A stretch of 64,000 nt of DNA, taken from positions 704,001 through 768,000 of the forward strand of contig CAWCKY010000003.1 of assembly GCA_963796275.1 (NCBI GenBank), in the 5' to 3' direction. Source of the stretch: an uncultured Acidobacteriota bacterium. GTDB lineage: Bacteria; Acidobacteriota; Blastocatellia; RBC074. Both the position numbers and the translations under genes were made by a program. Of the stretch, positions 21,788 through 31,960 are shown in pieces (positions within the stretch are counted from its first letter, which is position 1; each line of letters opens with the position of its first letter). Under the pieces are notes generated by a model. It had not been told where the DNA came from, ran no database searches, and saw only the letters and a program-made list of their open reading frames with translations.

Positions 21788-24700
21788 ATGTCTATCTACA
21801 GGAGTAATAATTTCGCCGCCCGATTTGCTTTACTCATAACAATTGGTACCACCATTTCCTTGGGAAACATACCTAACTTAATCGCGCCTGTAGCTGGGCA
21901 AGCCACCAAGGCAACAGTATCGGGTACGGTAACCGATGAAAAAGGGGACTTAATTCTGGATGCAAAGATCACGGCCGCAAACCTCGATACAGGCATCACG
22001 CGGGAGACCGCCACGGATCGAGAAGGCCGTTACCGTATACCTGAACTGACGCTGGGGAGATATGAGATATCGGTGGAGCAAAAGGGCTTTCGGTTGTACA
22101 TACAGCGTGGCGTGGAATTGACCGTCGGCCGTATGGCAGTCGTCGATTTTAAACTTGATGTGGGCGACATTCAGGAGAAGGTGGTTCTCGAACAGGATGC
22201 ATCACTGGTCGAGACAACCTCATCCTCCCTCGGACATTTGGTTAATCGCAAGCAGATCGAGCGGCTTCCATTGAATGGTAGGGACGTTTTGCAGTTAGCG
22301 ACTTTGGAGAACGGTGTACTGAGCACCGCATCGATCTCCGCCGCCCAGTCCGATGTTGGGGCGGGAACCACGCGGCTGGCGATCAATGGCGGGAGGACTG
22401 ACTTCAACGCTTACTTCCTCGATGGGACGGAGACATCGGACGCATTCGGTTATTCTCCCGGGGGATTAGGCGGCGGCTTTCTCGGAGTTGAAGCGCTCCG
22501 GGAATTCGAAATTATGACTTCGAATTACACGGCAGAGTTCGGCCACGGAGGCGGCGCCATCATCAACGCCGTCACAAAATCGGGAACCAATCAGTTTCAC
22601 GGGTCCGCCTTTGAATTCCTGCGCAACAGTGCGATGGACGCCCGTAATTTCTTCGATCTCAATGCAAATAAGCTGCCATTCAAACGCAATCAGTTCGGCG
22701 CAAGTCTTGGAGGTCCGATCATCAAGGACCGCGCTTTTATTTTCGGAAGCTATGAGGGATTGCGACGGCGCGAAGGTGTGCCGACGCTATTCAATGTCCC
22801 GAGCCTTGATGCCCGCATGGGGAATCTGATGAGCGGACCGGTGACCGTCGCTCCATCGGTCGTGCCGTATCTGGCCCTCTATCCATTGCCGAATGGGCCC
22901 ATTCTAGGCGATACGGGAGTATATAGGCGAGACTTCAATGAGAGGACCGATGAAGACTTTCTTACTCTCAGGGGGGATTACAAACTCACAGAACAGCACT
23001 CACTGGCGGGCCGGTACACCGGTGACGATTCCGAACTTCTCAAGGTTGGCGGGGTGATCCAGAATCTCAAGTTGGATAACACAAACCAATACGCCGCCCT
23101 AGAAGAGCTAACGATCGTCAGTCCACACGGAGTCAACAGCATCAGGGGCACCTACAATCGCTCGAAATTCAGTAGCGCCTTTCCCTTCATTGTTCCCATC
23201 GATCCGAGTCTGTCGTTCCTTCCGGGTCAGTCGATGGGAGCCTATTCCCTCGCCGGAGTTTCGGCGTTGCGGGAGTCGTTGACCGACGGCCGCAGATTCG
23301 TACTCAATCAGTTCGAGCTGAATGATCAATTCATCTATAGTATGGGGGCGCACTCCGTCAAAGTAGGCGGGTCGATCCGGCGTTATCAGCTCAACACCGA
23401 TTCAGCCTTTTTGAAGGATGGACTCTTCATCTACCAACAGGGTGGCCTCGCGCAATTTTTGGCTGGGACTCCGGATATCCTCTATACCACCTTGCCGGGT
23501 ACCGATTACTATCGCGGCATTCGCCAATCGCTCTTCGGCTTATACGTACAGGATGATTGGAAGGTGATACCTCGCCTGACGCTCAACCTCGGCTTGAGGT
23601 ATGAGCCGAGCACTACGCCGACAGATGTCAACGGCAGAGTATCCAACCTGCGCAATTTCACGGATGCGACGCCGACTGTGGGAGATCCCTACATCAAGAA
23701 TCCATCTTTGAGGAACATCGGGCCGAGAGTCGGGTTCGCCTATGACGTGTTCGGCGATGGAACGACGGCGATCCGCGGCGCGGCAGGCGTCTTCTATTCG
23801 GCGATTCTGCCCATGCGTTACCGGTTTGAAATTTCGAACGCAGCGCCATTCACTCAATTGGTAGCCCTGTCTGGGCCCTTCCCGAACGCGTTCAACCTTC
23901 CCGGCAACAGCCCAACCCCAGGGGGGCTTATCTGGGCGACCGAGTTCAATGCCGAACAGCCGACCGTCTACCAGTGGAACCTCAACATTCAACGCGAGGT
24001 GGGTCGAAACATGGTCGTCAGCGGCGGTTATGTGGGTTCTCGTGGTGTTCACCTGGAGTCCACCTATACGGGAAATGTGCGCAGTGACTACCAGATGGTC
24101 AATGGGCAGAAGTTCTTCCCGGCCGGCGGTGGCCCTCGAATCAACCCGAACTATTTCGCCATTTCGTATCTCAACTTCAATAGCGATTCCTCTTATCAAG
24201 CGCTGCAGCTCAACCTCACCAAGCGCTATGCGGCGGGCCTGCAATTCCAGGTGGCCTACACGCTGTCGAAATCCATTGACACATCATCGGCGCTCGATTC
24301 GGTCTTCTTCAATGGAGCATTGGGTGGCGACCGTCAAGATCCACTGGATACGCGAGCAGAGCGGGCGCTATCCGACTTCGACGCGCGTCACAATCTGGTA
24401 GCCAACTTCTTGTGGGACCTGCCTCTTGGCAAAGGTCACAAGATGGGTGGTGGCCTTCAAGGTCCTCTCGGTGCGCTCGTCGGCAACTGGTCGCTCGGAG
24501 GAATCCTGACATCGAGGAGCGGATTCCCCTTCGGAGTGGCGCTCGGCTTCGACCGGGCCAACAATGGGATCGATAACGTGCAATCGCAACGGCCCAATGT
24601 TACTCCCAGCCTGAACCTCGCGAATGCGCTAACCGACGACCCGATGAGATTTGTGAATCCCACTTTTTTCTCGCTTCAGGCGAGCGGGTTCTACGGGAAT

Positions 24701-24982
24701 GCGCCGAGAAATGCACTGAAGGGCCCAGATCTGCATAGCGTCGACATGACGTTAGCTAAACGAACTACGATCAACGAACGCATTCAGACGGAGTTCAGGT
24801 TAGAAGCGTTCAACCTATTCAACCTTACTAATTTCGCCCCGCCGGAAGCCGCCAACCGGATCATATACACGGGTGTAGACCCATCGACTGACGCCCCGAT
24901 ACTATCTTCGACTTTCGGGCAACTTACGCGAACTGCTGCCAGCGCGCGTCAACTCCAATTAGGGTTGAAGTTCCTCTGGTAG
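21788..24982 (+). CDS. TonB-dependent receptor (Oar-like)
   Basis: LPLNGRD, KSGTNQFHGS, KRNQFG, YVQDDWK, C-terminal QLGLKFLW. Confidence 0.93.
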   Translation: MSIYRSNNFAARFALLITIGTTISLGNIPNLIAPVAGQATKATVSGTVTDEKGDLILDAKITAANLDTGITRETATDREGRYRIPELTLGRYEISVEQKGFRLYIQRGVELTVGRMAVVDFKLDVGDIQEKVVLEQDASLVETTSSSLGHLVNRKQIERLPLNGRDVLQLATLENGVLSTASISAAQSDVGAGTTRLAINGGRTDFNAYFLDGTETSDAFGYSPGGLGGGFLGVEALREFEIMTSNYTAEFGHGGGAIINAVTKSGTNQFHGSAFEFLRNSAMDARNFFDLNANKLPFKRNQFGASLGGPIIKDRAFIFGSYEGLRRREGVPTLFNVPSLDARMGNLMSGPVTVAPSVVPYLALYPLPNGPILGDTGVYRRDFNERTDEDFLTLRGDYKLTEQHSLAGRYTGDDSELLKVGGVIQNLKLDNTNQYAALEELTIVSPHGVNSIRGTYNRSKFSSAFPFIVPIDPSLSFLPGQSMGAYSLAGVSALRESLTDGRRFVLNQFELNDQFIYSMGAHSVKVGGSIRRYQLNTDSAFLKDGLFIYQQGGLAQFLAGTPDILYTTLPGTDYYRGIRQSLFGLYVQDDWKVIPRLTLNLGLRYEPSTTPTDVNGRVSNLRNFTDATPTVGDPYIKNPSLRNIGPRVGFAYDVFGDGTTAIRGAAGVFYSAILPMRYRFEISNAAPFTQLVALSGPFPNAFNLPGNSPTPGGLIWATEFNAEQPTVYQWNLNIQREVGRNMVVSGGYVGSRGVHLESTYTGNVRSDYQMVNGQKFFPAGGGPRINPNYFAISYLNFNSDSSYQALQLNLTKRYAAGLQFQVAYTLSKSIDTSSALDSVFFNGALGGDRQDPLDTRAERALSDFDARHNLVANFLWDLPLGKGHKMGGGLQGPLGALVGNWSLGGILTSRSGFPFGVALGFDRANNGIDNVQSQRPNVTPSLNLANALTDDPMRFVNPTFFSLQASGFYGNAPRNALKGPDLHSVDMTLAKRTTINERIQTEFRLEAFNLFNLTNFAPPEAANRIIYTGVDPSTDAPILSSTFGQLTRTAASARQLQLGLKFLW

Positions 24983-25017
24983 AAAGGTAGAGTAAGTTAC
25001 ACGGCGAATGACGAGAA

Positions 25018-25056
25018 GAAGCAGCAGGCTGGTAGTAGTCTGCTGCTTCCGTTTAT
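25018..25056 (+). terminator. Intrinsic terminator-like hairpin
   Basis: GAAGCAGCAGGCT-loop-AGTCTGCTGCTTC followed by CGTTTATT. Confidence 0.65.
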
Positions 25057-25419
25057 TAATTTCGACTCCAAACCAGGAATCCGGATGACACGGATGCAAT
25101 GATTGGTCACGTATCATATACGGTCTCCTCTTCCTCGCTAATCGGGTTTCAATTGGTGAATAGATGATTCTAAGACTAATAGTTCCGTAAAGAGAAAGCT
25201 GTACAGATTGCGCGGCATAGATGATTAACATCGCTCAACTCCGTGCAATGGAGGCTATTATTCACGAGGATCGCGTTAGTCTTCGGTTCATTTAGTAACT
25301 CATTCAATTGAAAACGCAGTACCAGGAAAAGCTTTAGAAAAAAATATTGTTGTCGAGCGCTCCACTGGGACTATTGTCGGTCCTCGCTTTAGATAACACA
25401 TCCAAGATGGGGGATATAC

Positions 25420-28400
25420 ATGTTTAGCTGCAAGAAGTTAATGCTCATGGCGCCGTTCGCTATGATCGCTGTTTTGAGTATCGTTGAGGTTGAATTTGGT
25501 ATCCTGGCGATAGCTCAAACTACCAGAGCCACGGTATTTGGCACAGTTACGGACGAGAAAGGAGCCGTGGTCGCCAATGTCAAAATCAGCGCCAAGAACC
25601 TCGATACTAACCTAAATCGCGAGACGGCATCGGACGAATTGGGGCGTTATCGCATTCCTGAATTGCCGGCTGGCCGATATGAGGTGACGGCGGAGGGGCA
25701 GGGTTTTCGGCCCAGAACACAGCGCGGTATCGAGCTGAGTGTCGGGCGCGATGTGATCGTTGACATCCTTCTCAGTGTGGGGAAGGTCGAAGATAGAGTT
25801 GTCATTGAGGGAGATGCGGCATTGGTAGAGACGAGCTCGTCGGCCGTGAAATACCTGGTAAATCGGAGGCAGGTCGAGGAGCTTCCCTTAAATGGCCGCG
25901 ACGTGCTTCAGCTTGCCACGCTGCAAAACGGGGTGGTGAGCACCACCTCGATCGGAGATACACAGGAGAATGTTGGACCCGGTAAGACGAGACTGATCGT
26001 CAATGGCGCGCGGTTGGATAGCAACATTTACTACCTGGACGGCACAGATACGGCGGACGCGTTCTCCAATTCACCCGGTGGATTGGGAGGCGGATTTCTC
26101 GGCGTGGATGCGTTGAGGGAGTTCCAGGTGTTGACTTCGAACTACTCGGCCGAGTTCGGAGTAGGCGGCGGAGCGATCGTCAACGCGATAACCAAGTCGG
26201 GCGGCAACCAGTTTCACGGTACTGCCTTCGAATTTCTACGTAATAGCGCACTCGATGCCCGCAATTTTTTTAACGCGCAGAAACTACCTTTTAAGCGCAA
26301 TCAGTTCGGCGGCAGTCTCGGTGGCCCGTTAATCAAGGATCGCACTTTCTTTTTCTTCAATTACGAAGGACTGCGCAACCGTGAAGGCAAGTCGAGCCTC
26401 TTCTCCGTGCCGAGTCCGGATGCCCGGCAGGGAAATCTGACGAGCGGGCAGGTGACTGTCGCCGACTCGGTCTCGCCCTACCTGTCGCTCTACCCATTGC
26501 CAAATGGGCCTATTACGGGCAACACGGGCGTCTACCGTCGTGACATGGACGAATCTATCAACGAAGACTTCATCACGGGCCGGCTGGATCACACATTGAC
26601 ATCCAAGCATTCGCTGTTCGGACGTTACACGCTCGATGATTCAAACCTGCGCAACGCCGCGGGAGTAATTGTCGATCGGATGCTCAAAAACCAGAATCAT
26701 TATGTGACTCTGGAAGGCCAGTCGGTATTATCCCCACGCGCGATCAACACCCTCCGCGCCAGCTATAGCCGAAACAGATTCGCCAGCAGTTTTCCATTTA
26801 CCGTGGGGGTGGGTCCCGAACTATCTTTCATACCCGGCCAACCGATGGGAGCATTTCAAGTACAGGAAATCGATGCTCTGCGGCCCGCGCTTGCTACACC
26901 GAGCAATTTCGCGCTCAACAACATCGAGATCAGCGAACAGTTCATCTATAGCCGCGATATTCACTCGTTCAAGTTCGGCGCGATGGTGCACCGCTATCAA
27001 CTCAACGCCGACTCGACGCTCGTGCCTGATGGCATATTTATCTATGGCGGCGGAGTCTCGGATTTTTTAACCGCTTCACCGCAGGTACTATTTGCGCCAG
27101 CCCCAGGTAAGAACTTCTATCGCGGCATTCGCCAAACGCTCTTCGGTTTCTATGCTCAGGACGACTGGAGGATCCGGCAGAATTTGACGATCAACCTGGG
27201 GCTGCGTTATGAGCCGATCACTGCCCCGACCGAAGTTAACGGCAAGGTCGCCAATTTACGTAATCTTACGGATGCAGCCACGAGTGTGGGAGACCCGTTC
27301 ATACAAAATCCATCAAGGCGCAGTTTCGCGCCGCGCTTCGGCTTTGCACTCGATCCGACCGGAAAGGGAGTATGGGCGGTACGCGGCGGCTTCGGCGTCT
27401 ACAACGCATCCTTACGGCCGATGCAATATCGGTTCGCCATATCCAACCAGCCGCCTTTCGGGCAACTCCTACTGTTACCGGGAGTCTTCCCGAATGCCTA
27501 CTCCATGTCTATCAACAGTCCAATTCCCGTGCCGGGGTTGTTGTGGCTGATGCAATCCGACTCGGAACAGCCTACCGTTTACCAATGGAACCTGACTGTG
27601 CAGAGAGAGCTGAGCAGGGACCTGGTCGTGTCGGCAGGTTACATCGGATCGCGCGGCGTGCATCTGTTGACCAATTCGAGCACTAACGCGCGGACTGATT
27701 TCCAGATCGTCAATGGCCAGAAGTTCTACCCGGAGACGGCAAACACGCAGGCGGTTCGTCTCAATCCGAATTTCGGCGCGATGCAGGTTACCGCTTTCAA
27801 CGGAGATTCTTATTACAACGGGCTGCAGTTATCGGCTACCAAACGGTATTCCGCCGGCGTGCAGCTCCAGCTTTCATATACCTACTCGAAATCGACCGAC
27901 ACGGCATCGGCGACCGAGTCCGTGTACACCAATGGGGTGCTGGGCGGCGATTTCCAGGATCCGCTGGCGCCCGCAAGCGATAAGGGGCTATCGGACTTCG
28001 ATATTCGCCATAACTTCGTGGCCAATTTCCTCTGGGAATTACCGTTCGGAAAAGGCCGGAGGTTCGCCAACAATATGAGCGGGGCAGCGGACAAATTAGT
28101 CACAGGATGGGGTGTTGGAGGCATTCTCAATTTACGGAGCGGATTCCCATTCACCGTTACTCTCGGAGGGCTCAACCGGGCACGCAATGGGATCGACGAC
28201 AACCTGCAAACTCAGAGGCCGAATCTGGCGCCCGGTCGCTCTTTTGAGAGCGCAATTAATGGCGATCCGGGCCGATACATCGATCCGTCGGCATTCGTGT
28301 TGCAACCTGCAGGTTTCTACGGCAATTTGGGAAGGAATACTCTGCAAGGCCCGAATCTGAGGTCATTCGATTTCTCGCTTCTTAAAAAGACTCGCATCAA

Positions 28401-28605
28401 CGAACGCATCACTACCGAGTTGCGCGGAGAGTTTTTCAATATATTCAACATTACAAATTTCTCTCCGCCGATTGGCGACCGAAGAATGGTCTTCAATAGT
28501 GTAGACCCGAGCGGTCTGGGAGTCGTTCCGGGCAACTTCGGGCAATTGACGCAAACATCAGTCAGCTCTCGCCAGATTCAGTTCGGTTTGAAGCTTCTTT
28601 GGTGA
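25420..28605 (+). CDS. TonB-dependent receptor (close paralog of 21788)
   Basis: Shares LPLNGRDVLQLATL, SPGGLGGGFLGV, YRGIRQ and EQPTVYQWNL; C-terminal QFGLKLLW. Confidence 0.93.
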   Translation: MFSCKKLMLMAPFAMIAVLSIVEVEFGILAIAQTTRATVFGTVTDEKGAVVANVKISAKNLDTNLNRETASDELGRYRIPELPAGRYEVTAEGQGFRPRTQRGIELSVGRDVIVDILLSVGKVEDRVVIEGDAALVETSSSAVKYLVNRRQVEELPLNGRDVLQLATLQNGVVSTTSIGDTQENVGPGKTRLIVNGARLDSNIYYLDGTDTADAFSNSPGGLGGGFLGVDALREFQVLTSNYSAEFGVGGGAIVNAITKSGGNQFHGTAFEFLRNSALDARNFFNAQKLPFKRNQFGGSLGGPLIKDRTFFFFNYEGLRNREGKSSLFSVPSPDARQGNLTSGQVTVADSVSPYLSLYPLPNGPITGNTGVYRRDMDESINEDFITGRLDHTLTSKHSLFGRYTLDDSNLRNAAGVIVDRMLKNQNHYVTLEGQSVLSPRAINTLRASYSRNRFASSFPFTVGVGPELSFIPGQPMGAFQVQEIDALRPALATPSNFALNNIEISEQFIYSRDIHSFKFGAMVHRYQLNADSTLVPDGIFIYGGGVSDFLTASPQVLFAPAPGKNFYRGIRQTLFGFYAQDDWRIRQNLTINLGLRYEPITAPTEVNGKVANLRNLTDAATSVGDPFIQNPSRRSFAPRFGFALDPTGKGVWAVRGGFGVYNASLRPMQYRFAISNQPPFGQLLLLPGVFPNAYSMSINSPIPVPGLLWLMQSDSEQPTVYQWNLTVQRELSRDLVVSAGYIGSRGVHLLTNSSTNARTDFQIVNGQKFYPETANTQAVRLNPNFGAMQVTAFNGDSYYNGLQLSATKRYSAGVQLQLSYTYSKSTDTASATESVYTNGVLGGDFQDPLAPASDKGLSDFDIRHNFVANFLWELPFGKGRRFANNMSGAADKLVTGWGVGGILNLRSGFPFTVTLGGLNRARNGIDDNLQTQRPNLAPGRSFESAINGDPGRYIDPSAFVLQPAGFYGNLGRNTLQGPNLRSFDFSLLKKTRINERITTELRGEFFNIFNITNFSPPIGDRRMVFNSVDPSGLGVVPGNFGQLTQTSVSSRQIQFGLKLLW

Positions 28606-28626
28606 GATCGATACCAGCGCTATTTG

Positions 28627-28702
28627 CAACCAAATTCACAAAAAGACAAAGGGCACGAGCGATTAAAAATCTGTGGCTTTGTCTTTTTGTGACATTTTGT
28701 TG
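28627..28702. repeat. Inverted repeat TCACAAAAAGACAAAG ... CTTTGTCTTTTTGTGA
   Basis: 16-bp perfect arms; related to the IR at 45524-45607. Confidence 0.7.
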
Positions 28703-28756
28703 GAAATCTACATTTGGTCGAATTGAGAGGCACAGATCGATCAATGGGGATGAGAT

Positions 28757-29488
28757 ATGGTAGCAAAAGAACATGTGGACTATGGAATTGATGCTTCCGA
28801 TAACTTGCGGCGGTTTACCATCCTGGGATTGCTAACTCTCACTGCATCCGTCGTTATCTATGCCACAGGATTCGGTCTCTTCTCAATTGCTTTCGGGATT
28901 GTCGGTGCCTGGTGGAGTTTTTGCGCTGCTCTAATGGTCGTCTCCAGCAAGTTCGGAAAATTTCGCATCCGAGACTCTCTTATCTCTCGAATAGCGTGGC
29001 GCGGGGACGAACGAGTTTTAGATGTCGGTTGCGGGCACGGGTTGCTTCTCGTGGCGGCCGCGAAGAGGCTGACCACCGGCCGCGCAGTAGGTATCGATAT
29101 TTGGAGTCACGACCAGGGGGACAACCGGCCAGAGAACACCGCCAGGAACGCAAGGATCGAAGGGGTCGCCGACCGCGTAGAGATTCGCGACTGCGACGCC
29201 CGTCAACTCGCCTTTCCCGATGAGTCATTCGACGTAGTCATCTCCAGCCTGGCGCTCCACCATATCCCGGGGGACCGCGAGCGAGAGCAGGCCATTTGCG
29301 AAATCATGCGCGTACTGAGACCGGGTGGTCAGGTCGCGATCTACGACATCAAGCGGATCTCCCAATATCAACAAATCTTTCTCGCATCGGGAATGGAAGA
29401 GGTACGACTGTCCGGGCGGAGTTTCTGGTACCTGTTGCCGACCTTCATACTGACGGCCATAAAACCCGGAGCTCAGATACGGGATTAG
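28757..29488 (+). CDS. Class I SAM-dependent methyltransferase with N-terminal TM hairpin
   Basis: DYGIDA, two TM helices, VLDVGCGHG, GIDIW, FDVVISSLALHHI. Confidence 0.88.
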   Translation: MVAKEHVDYGIDASDNLRRFTILGLLTLTASVVIYATGFGLFSIAFGIVGAWWSFCAALMVVSSKFGKFRIRDSLISRIAWRGDERVLDVGCGHGLLLVAAAKRLTTGRAVGIDIWSHDQGDNRPENTARNARIEGVADRVEIRDCDARQLAFPDESFDVVISSLALHHIPGDREREQAICEIMRVLRPGGQVAIYDIKRISQYQQIFLASGMEEVRLSGRSFWYLLPTFILTAIKPGAQIRD

Positions 29489-29602
29489 GCAATTGATTGT
29501 TGACTGGTGATCGCTCGGGAATATTCCTGCTACATGGCATAACGAATTTCCCCATCCCAGCTACCGATTCCCAACTACCAAAACTCCTGTTCACGATCGA
29601 AT

Positions 29603-31012
29603 ATGAAACAGACTGATCAGAAGGACAAGCTGCTCGGCGGCGGGCAGGTGCCGTCAGCCGCTACAATCTATTACGGATGGATAGTTGTGGCCGCCTGTTT
29701 TTTAGTAATCGCTTCGGTCGCGCCTATGGTCAGCTCTTTTTCGCTTTTCCAGGTACCGGTACTGGAGGAATTCAACTGGAGCCGTGGTAGTTTCGCTTTC
29801 GCTCTGTCCATCCATCTGATTTTCGCCGGTGTGGCCGCGCCTATCGCTGGCGGACTGATCGATCGATTCGGCCCTCGGCGCGTCATGCCGTTCGGAGCGC
29901 TGATTACTGCTATGGCCCTGATATTGATGAGCCGCAGCTCTTCGCTGTGGCATATTTATTTAGCCTTCGGAGTGTTAGGGGCGGTGGGCAGCTCGTTACT
30001 GCAACACACGCCTTTGATAGCACTCATCTCAAACTGGTTTGTGCACTATCGCGGCACTGCCATCGGCATTGTCAGCGCCGGTTCCGGAGCCGGCCAATTA
30101 GCTTTGTTGCCGCTGATGCAATACCTCATCAGTCACCTCGGCTGGCGCCAGACCTATCTCGTTTTCGGCCTTGCAATCCTGTCTATCCCAACGATACTGA
30201 TCCTGTTGTTTCTCCACACGCGGCCGGAAGCCCGAGGTCTTTCGATCGAGGACGAAATAAGACGGCGGACGACACACGACCAGGTGAGAAAAGGTGCGCG
30301 GACAGGAGGAAGAGAAGGGGAAGAACCCGATAAAAGAAGGCGATGGAATCGACGGAACGAAGAGGTGATTCTCGATAAGGAATGGGCTGAGACCGATTGG
30401 ACTGCGGGAAGAGCATCGCGCACATTTCGCTTCTGGTCGCTGACTCTCGTCATGGCGTTGTTCGCCGCCGGATTATTACTCATCTCGCTTCAGCTGGTTG
30501 CCTACCTGGGAGACAAAGGCTACGGCTCGATCCTCGTTGCCTCGGTCGTTGGATTGCAGGGTATGCTCAATATGGTTGGCGAATTCGTCGGAGGATTCTT
30601 GTGCGATCGAATCGGACGGGAGAAGACGCTGACTATAAGCTTGGCTATATTTGTCACCTCGATTGTTTTACTGAGCGTGGTCGGGATCGTCACCAGCCCG
30701 GCGCTCGTCTACGTTTTCACGCTTTTTTACGGAATGGGGTTCGGCATGGCGGTGCCGGCGTTGATGATCTCTGCTTCAGACCTGTTTCAAGGCAAACATT
30801 TCGGTTCGATTCTGGGATTTATCGTTCTCGGGGGATATTTTGGAGGTGCAATCGGCGCCTGGCTGAGCGGCCGCTTCTACGATTTAACGCAAACCTATGA
30901 GGCTAACTTCCTGCTTGCCGGAGCAGCGATGATGATTTCAGCAGGACTCATCTGGAAAACTAGACCGGGCAGCGTGCGGGTGGTTCGCCATATCATAGCG
31001 GGAGACCGGTGA
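29603..31012 (+). CDS. MFS transporter (OFA-like)
   Basis: YYGWIVV, LIDRFGPRR, NWFVHYRGTAIG, CDRIGR. Confidence 0.9.
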   Translation: MKQTDQKDKLLGGGQVPSAATIYYGWIVVAACFLVIASVAPMVSSFSLFQVPVLEEFNWSRGSFAFALSIHLIFAGVAAPIAGGLIDRFGPRRVMPFGALITAMALILMSRSSSLWHIYLAFGVLGAVGSSLLQHTPLIALISNWFVHYRGTAIGIVSAGSGAGQLALLPLMQYLISHLGWRQTYLVFGLAILSIPTILILLFLHTRPEARGLSIEDEIRRRTTHDQVRKGARTGGREGEEPDKRRRWNRRNEEVILDKEWAETDWTAGRASRTFRFWSLTLVMALFAAGLLLISLQLVAYLGDKGYGSILVASVVGLQGMLNMVGEFVGGFLCDRIGREKTLTISLAIFVTSIVLLSVVGIVTSPALVYVFTLFYGMGFGMAVPALMISASDLFQGKHFGSILGFIVLGGYFGGAIGAWLSGRFYDLTQTYEANFLLAGAAMMISAGLIWKTRPGSVRVVRHIIAGDR

Positions 31013-31020
31013 ATTTTACA

Positions 31021-31273
31021 TTTGTCAGTTGTCATTTGTAATCTGTCATTGAAGAAATGCGGCCCCAATAACAAATGGCAAATGACAAATGATCAGCCTC
31101 TCGCCGCCTCTAAAACCTGTCCTTTAGCTATAGGGTGTAATGGTCCATCCGATCCGATAACCCGACCAGTCCGAGCGCGGTCTCTACGTGTTTGCGCCTT
31201 TTTGATGGAGCTGCATTTCTTAGCAGCATTCTTCAATGACAACTGACAAATGACAACTGACAAATGACAAATG
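31021..31273. repeat. Inverted heptamer arrays (TTTGTCA)n/(TGACAAA)n enclosing duplicated fragments of the ABC ATPase gene
   Basis: 31079-31125 = 31261-31307 (3 mismatches); 31137-31198 = 31539-31600 (1 mismatch). Confidence 0.9.
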
Positions 31274-31274
31274 A

Positions 31275-31958
31275 TCAGCTTCTCACCGCCTCTAAAAACT
31301 GTCCTTTCTCCAGATGATAAATGAAAGAGGCGTGTTCCGCAGCGTTCGGATCATGCGTGACCATGATGATGGTCTTACCGAAATCGCGGTGAAGGCGCTC
31401 CAGCAGTTCGAGGACCTCTGAAGCGGATTTCGCATCCAAATCACCGGTTGGTTCATCGGCCAGTATGAGGTCCGGGTCGGTCACGAGTGCGCGCGCAATA
31501 GCGACGCGTTGTTCCTGGCCGCCGGAGAGCTGTCGAGGGTAATGGTCCATCCGATCCGATAACCCGACCAGTCCGAGCGCGGTCTCCACGTGTTTGCGCC
31601 GTTCCCGTCCGCTCAGGCGTGTCAGCAGCAGCGGCAATTCGACATTTTCATAGGCGTTCAATACCGGTATCAGGTTGAAGGTCTGAAACACGTAGCCGAT
31701 ATGCGCGCTCCGCCAGGCTGCCAGTTCATCCTCGCGAAGTTCGAGGATGTTCGTACCCAGCACACTGATTTCGCCGTTTGTCGGACGGTCGATCCCGGCG
31801 ATTATATTCAGCAGCGTGCTCTTGCCCGAGCCGGATGGCCCCATCAGTGCAACGAACTCGCCGGTATGAATGTCGAGCGTCGCGTCGCGGAAGGCTACGA
31901 CTTCGGTCGTATCGCGGTGATAGATTTTCGTAAGATTGCGAGCTTGAACGAGAATCAT
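31275..31958 (-). CDS. ABC transporter ATP-binding protein (LolD/MacB family)
   Basis: [34 protein letters not shown]. Confidence 0.95.
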   Translation of the reverse strand: MILVQARNLTKIYHRDTTEVVAFRDATLDIHTGEFVALMGPSGSGKSTLLNIIAGIDRPTNGEISVLGTNILELREDELAAWRSAHIGYVFQTFNLIPVLNAYENVELPLLLTRLSGRERRKHVETALGLVGLSDRMDHYPRQLSGGQEQRVAIARALVTDPDLILADEPTGDLDAKSASEVLELLERLHRDFGKTIIMVTHDPNAAEHASFIYHLEKGQFLEAVRS

Positions 31959-31960
31959 TT

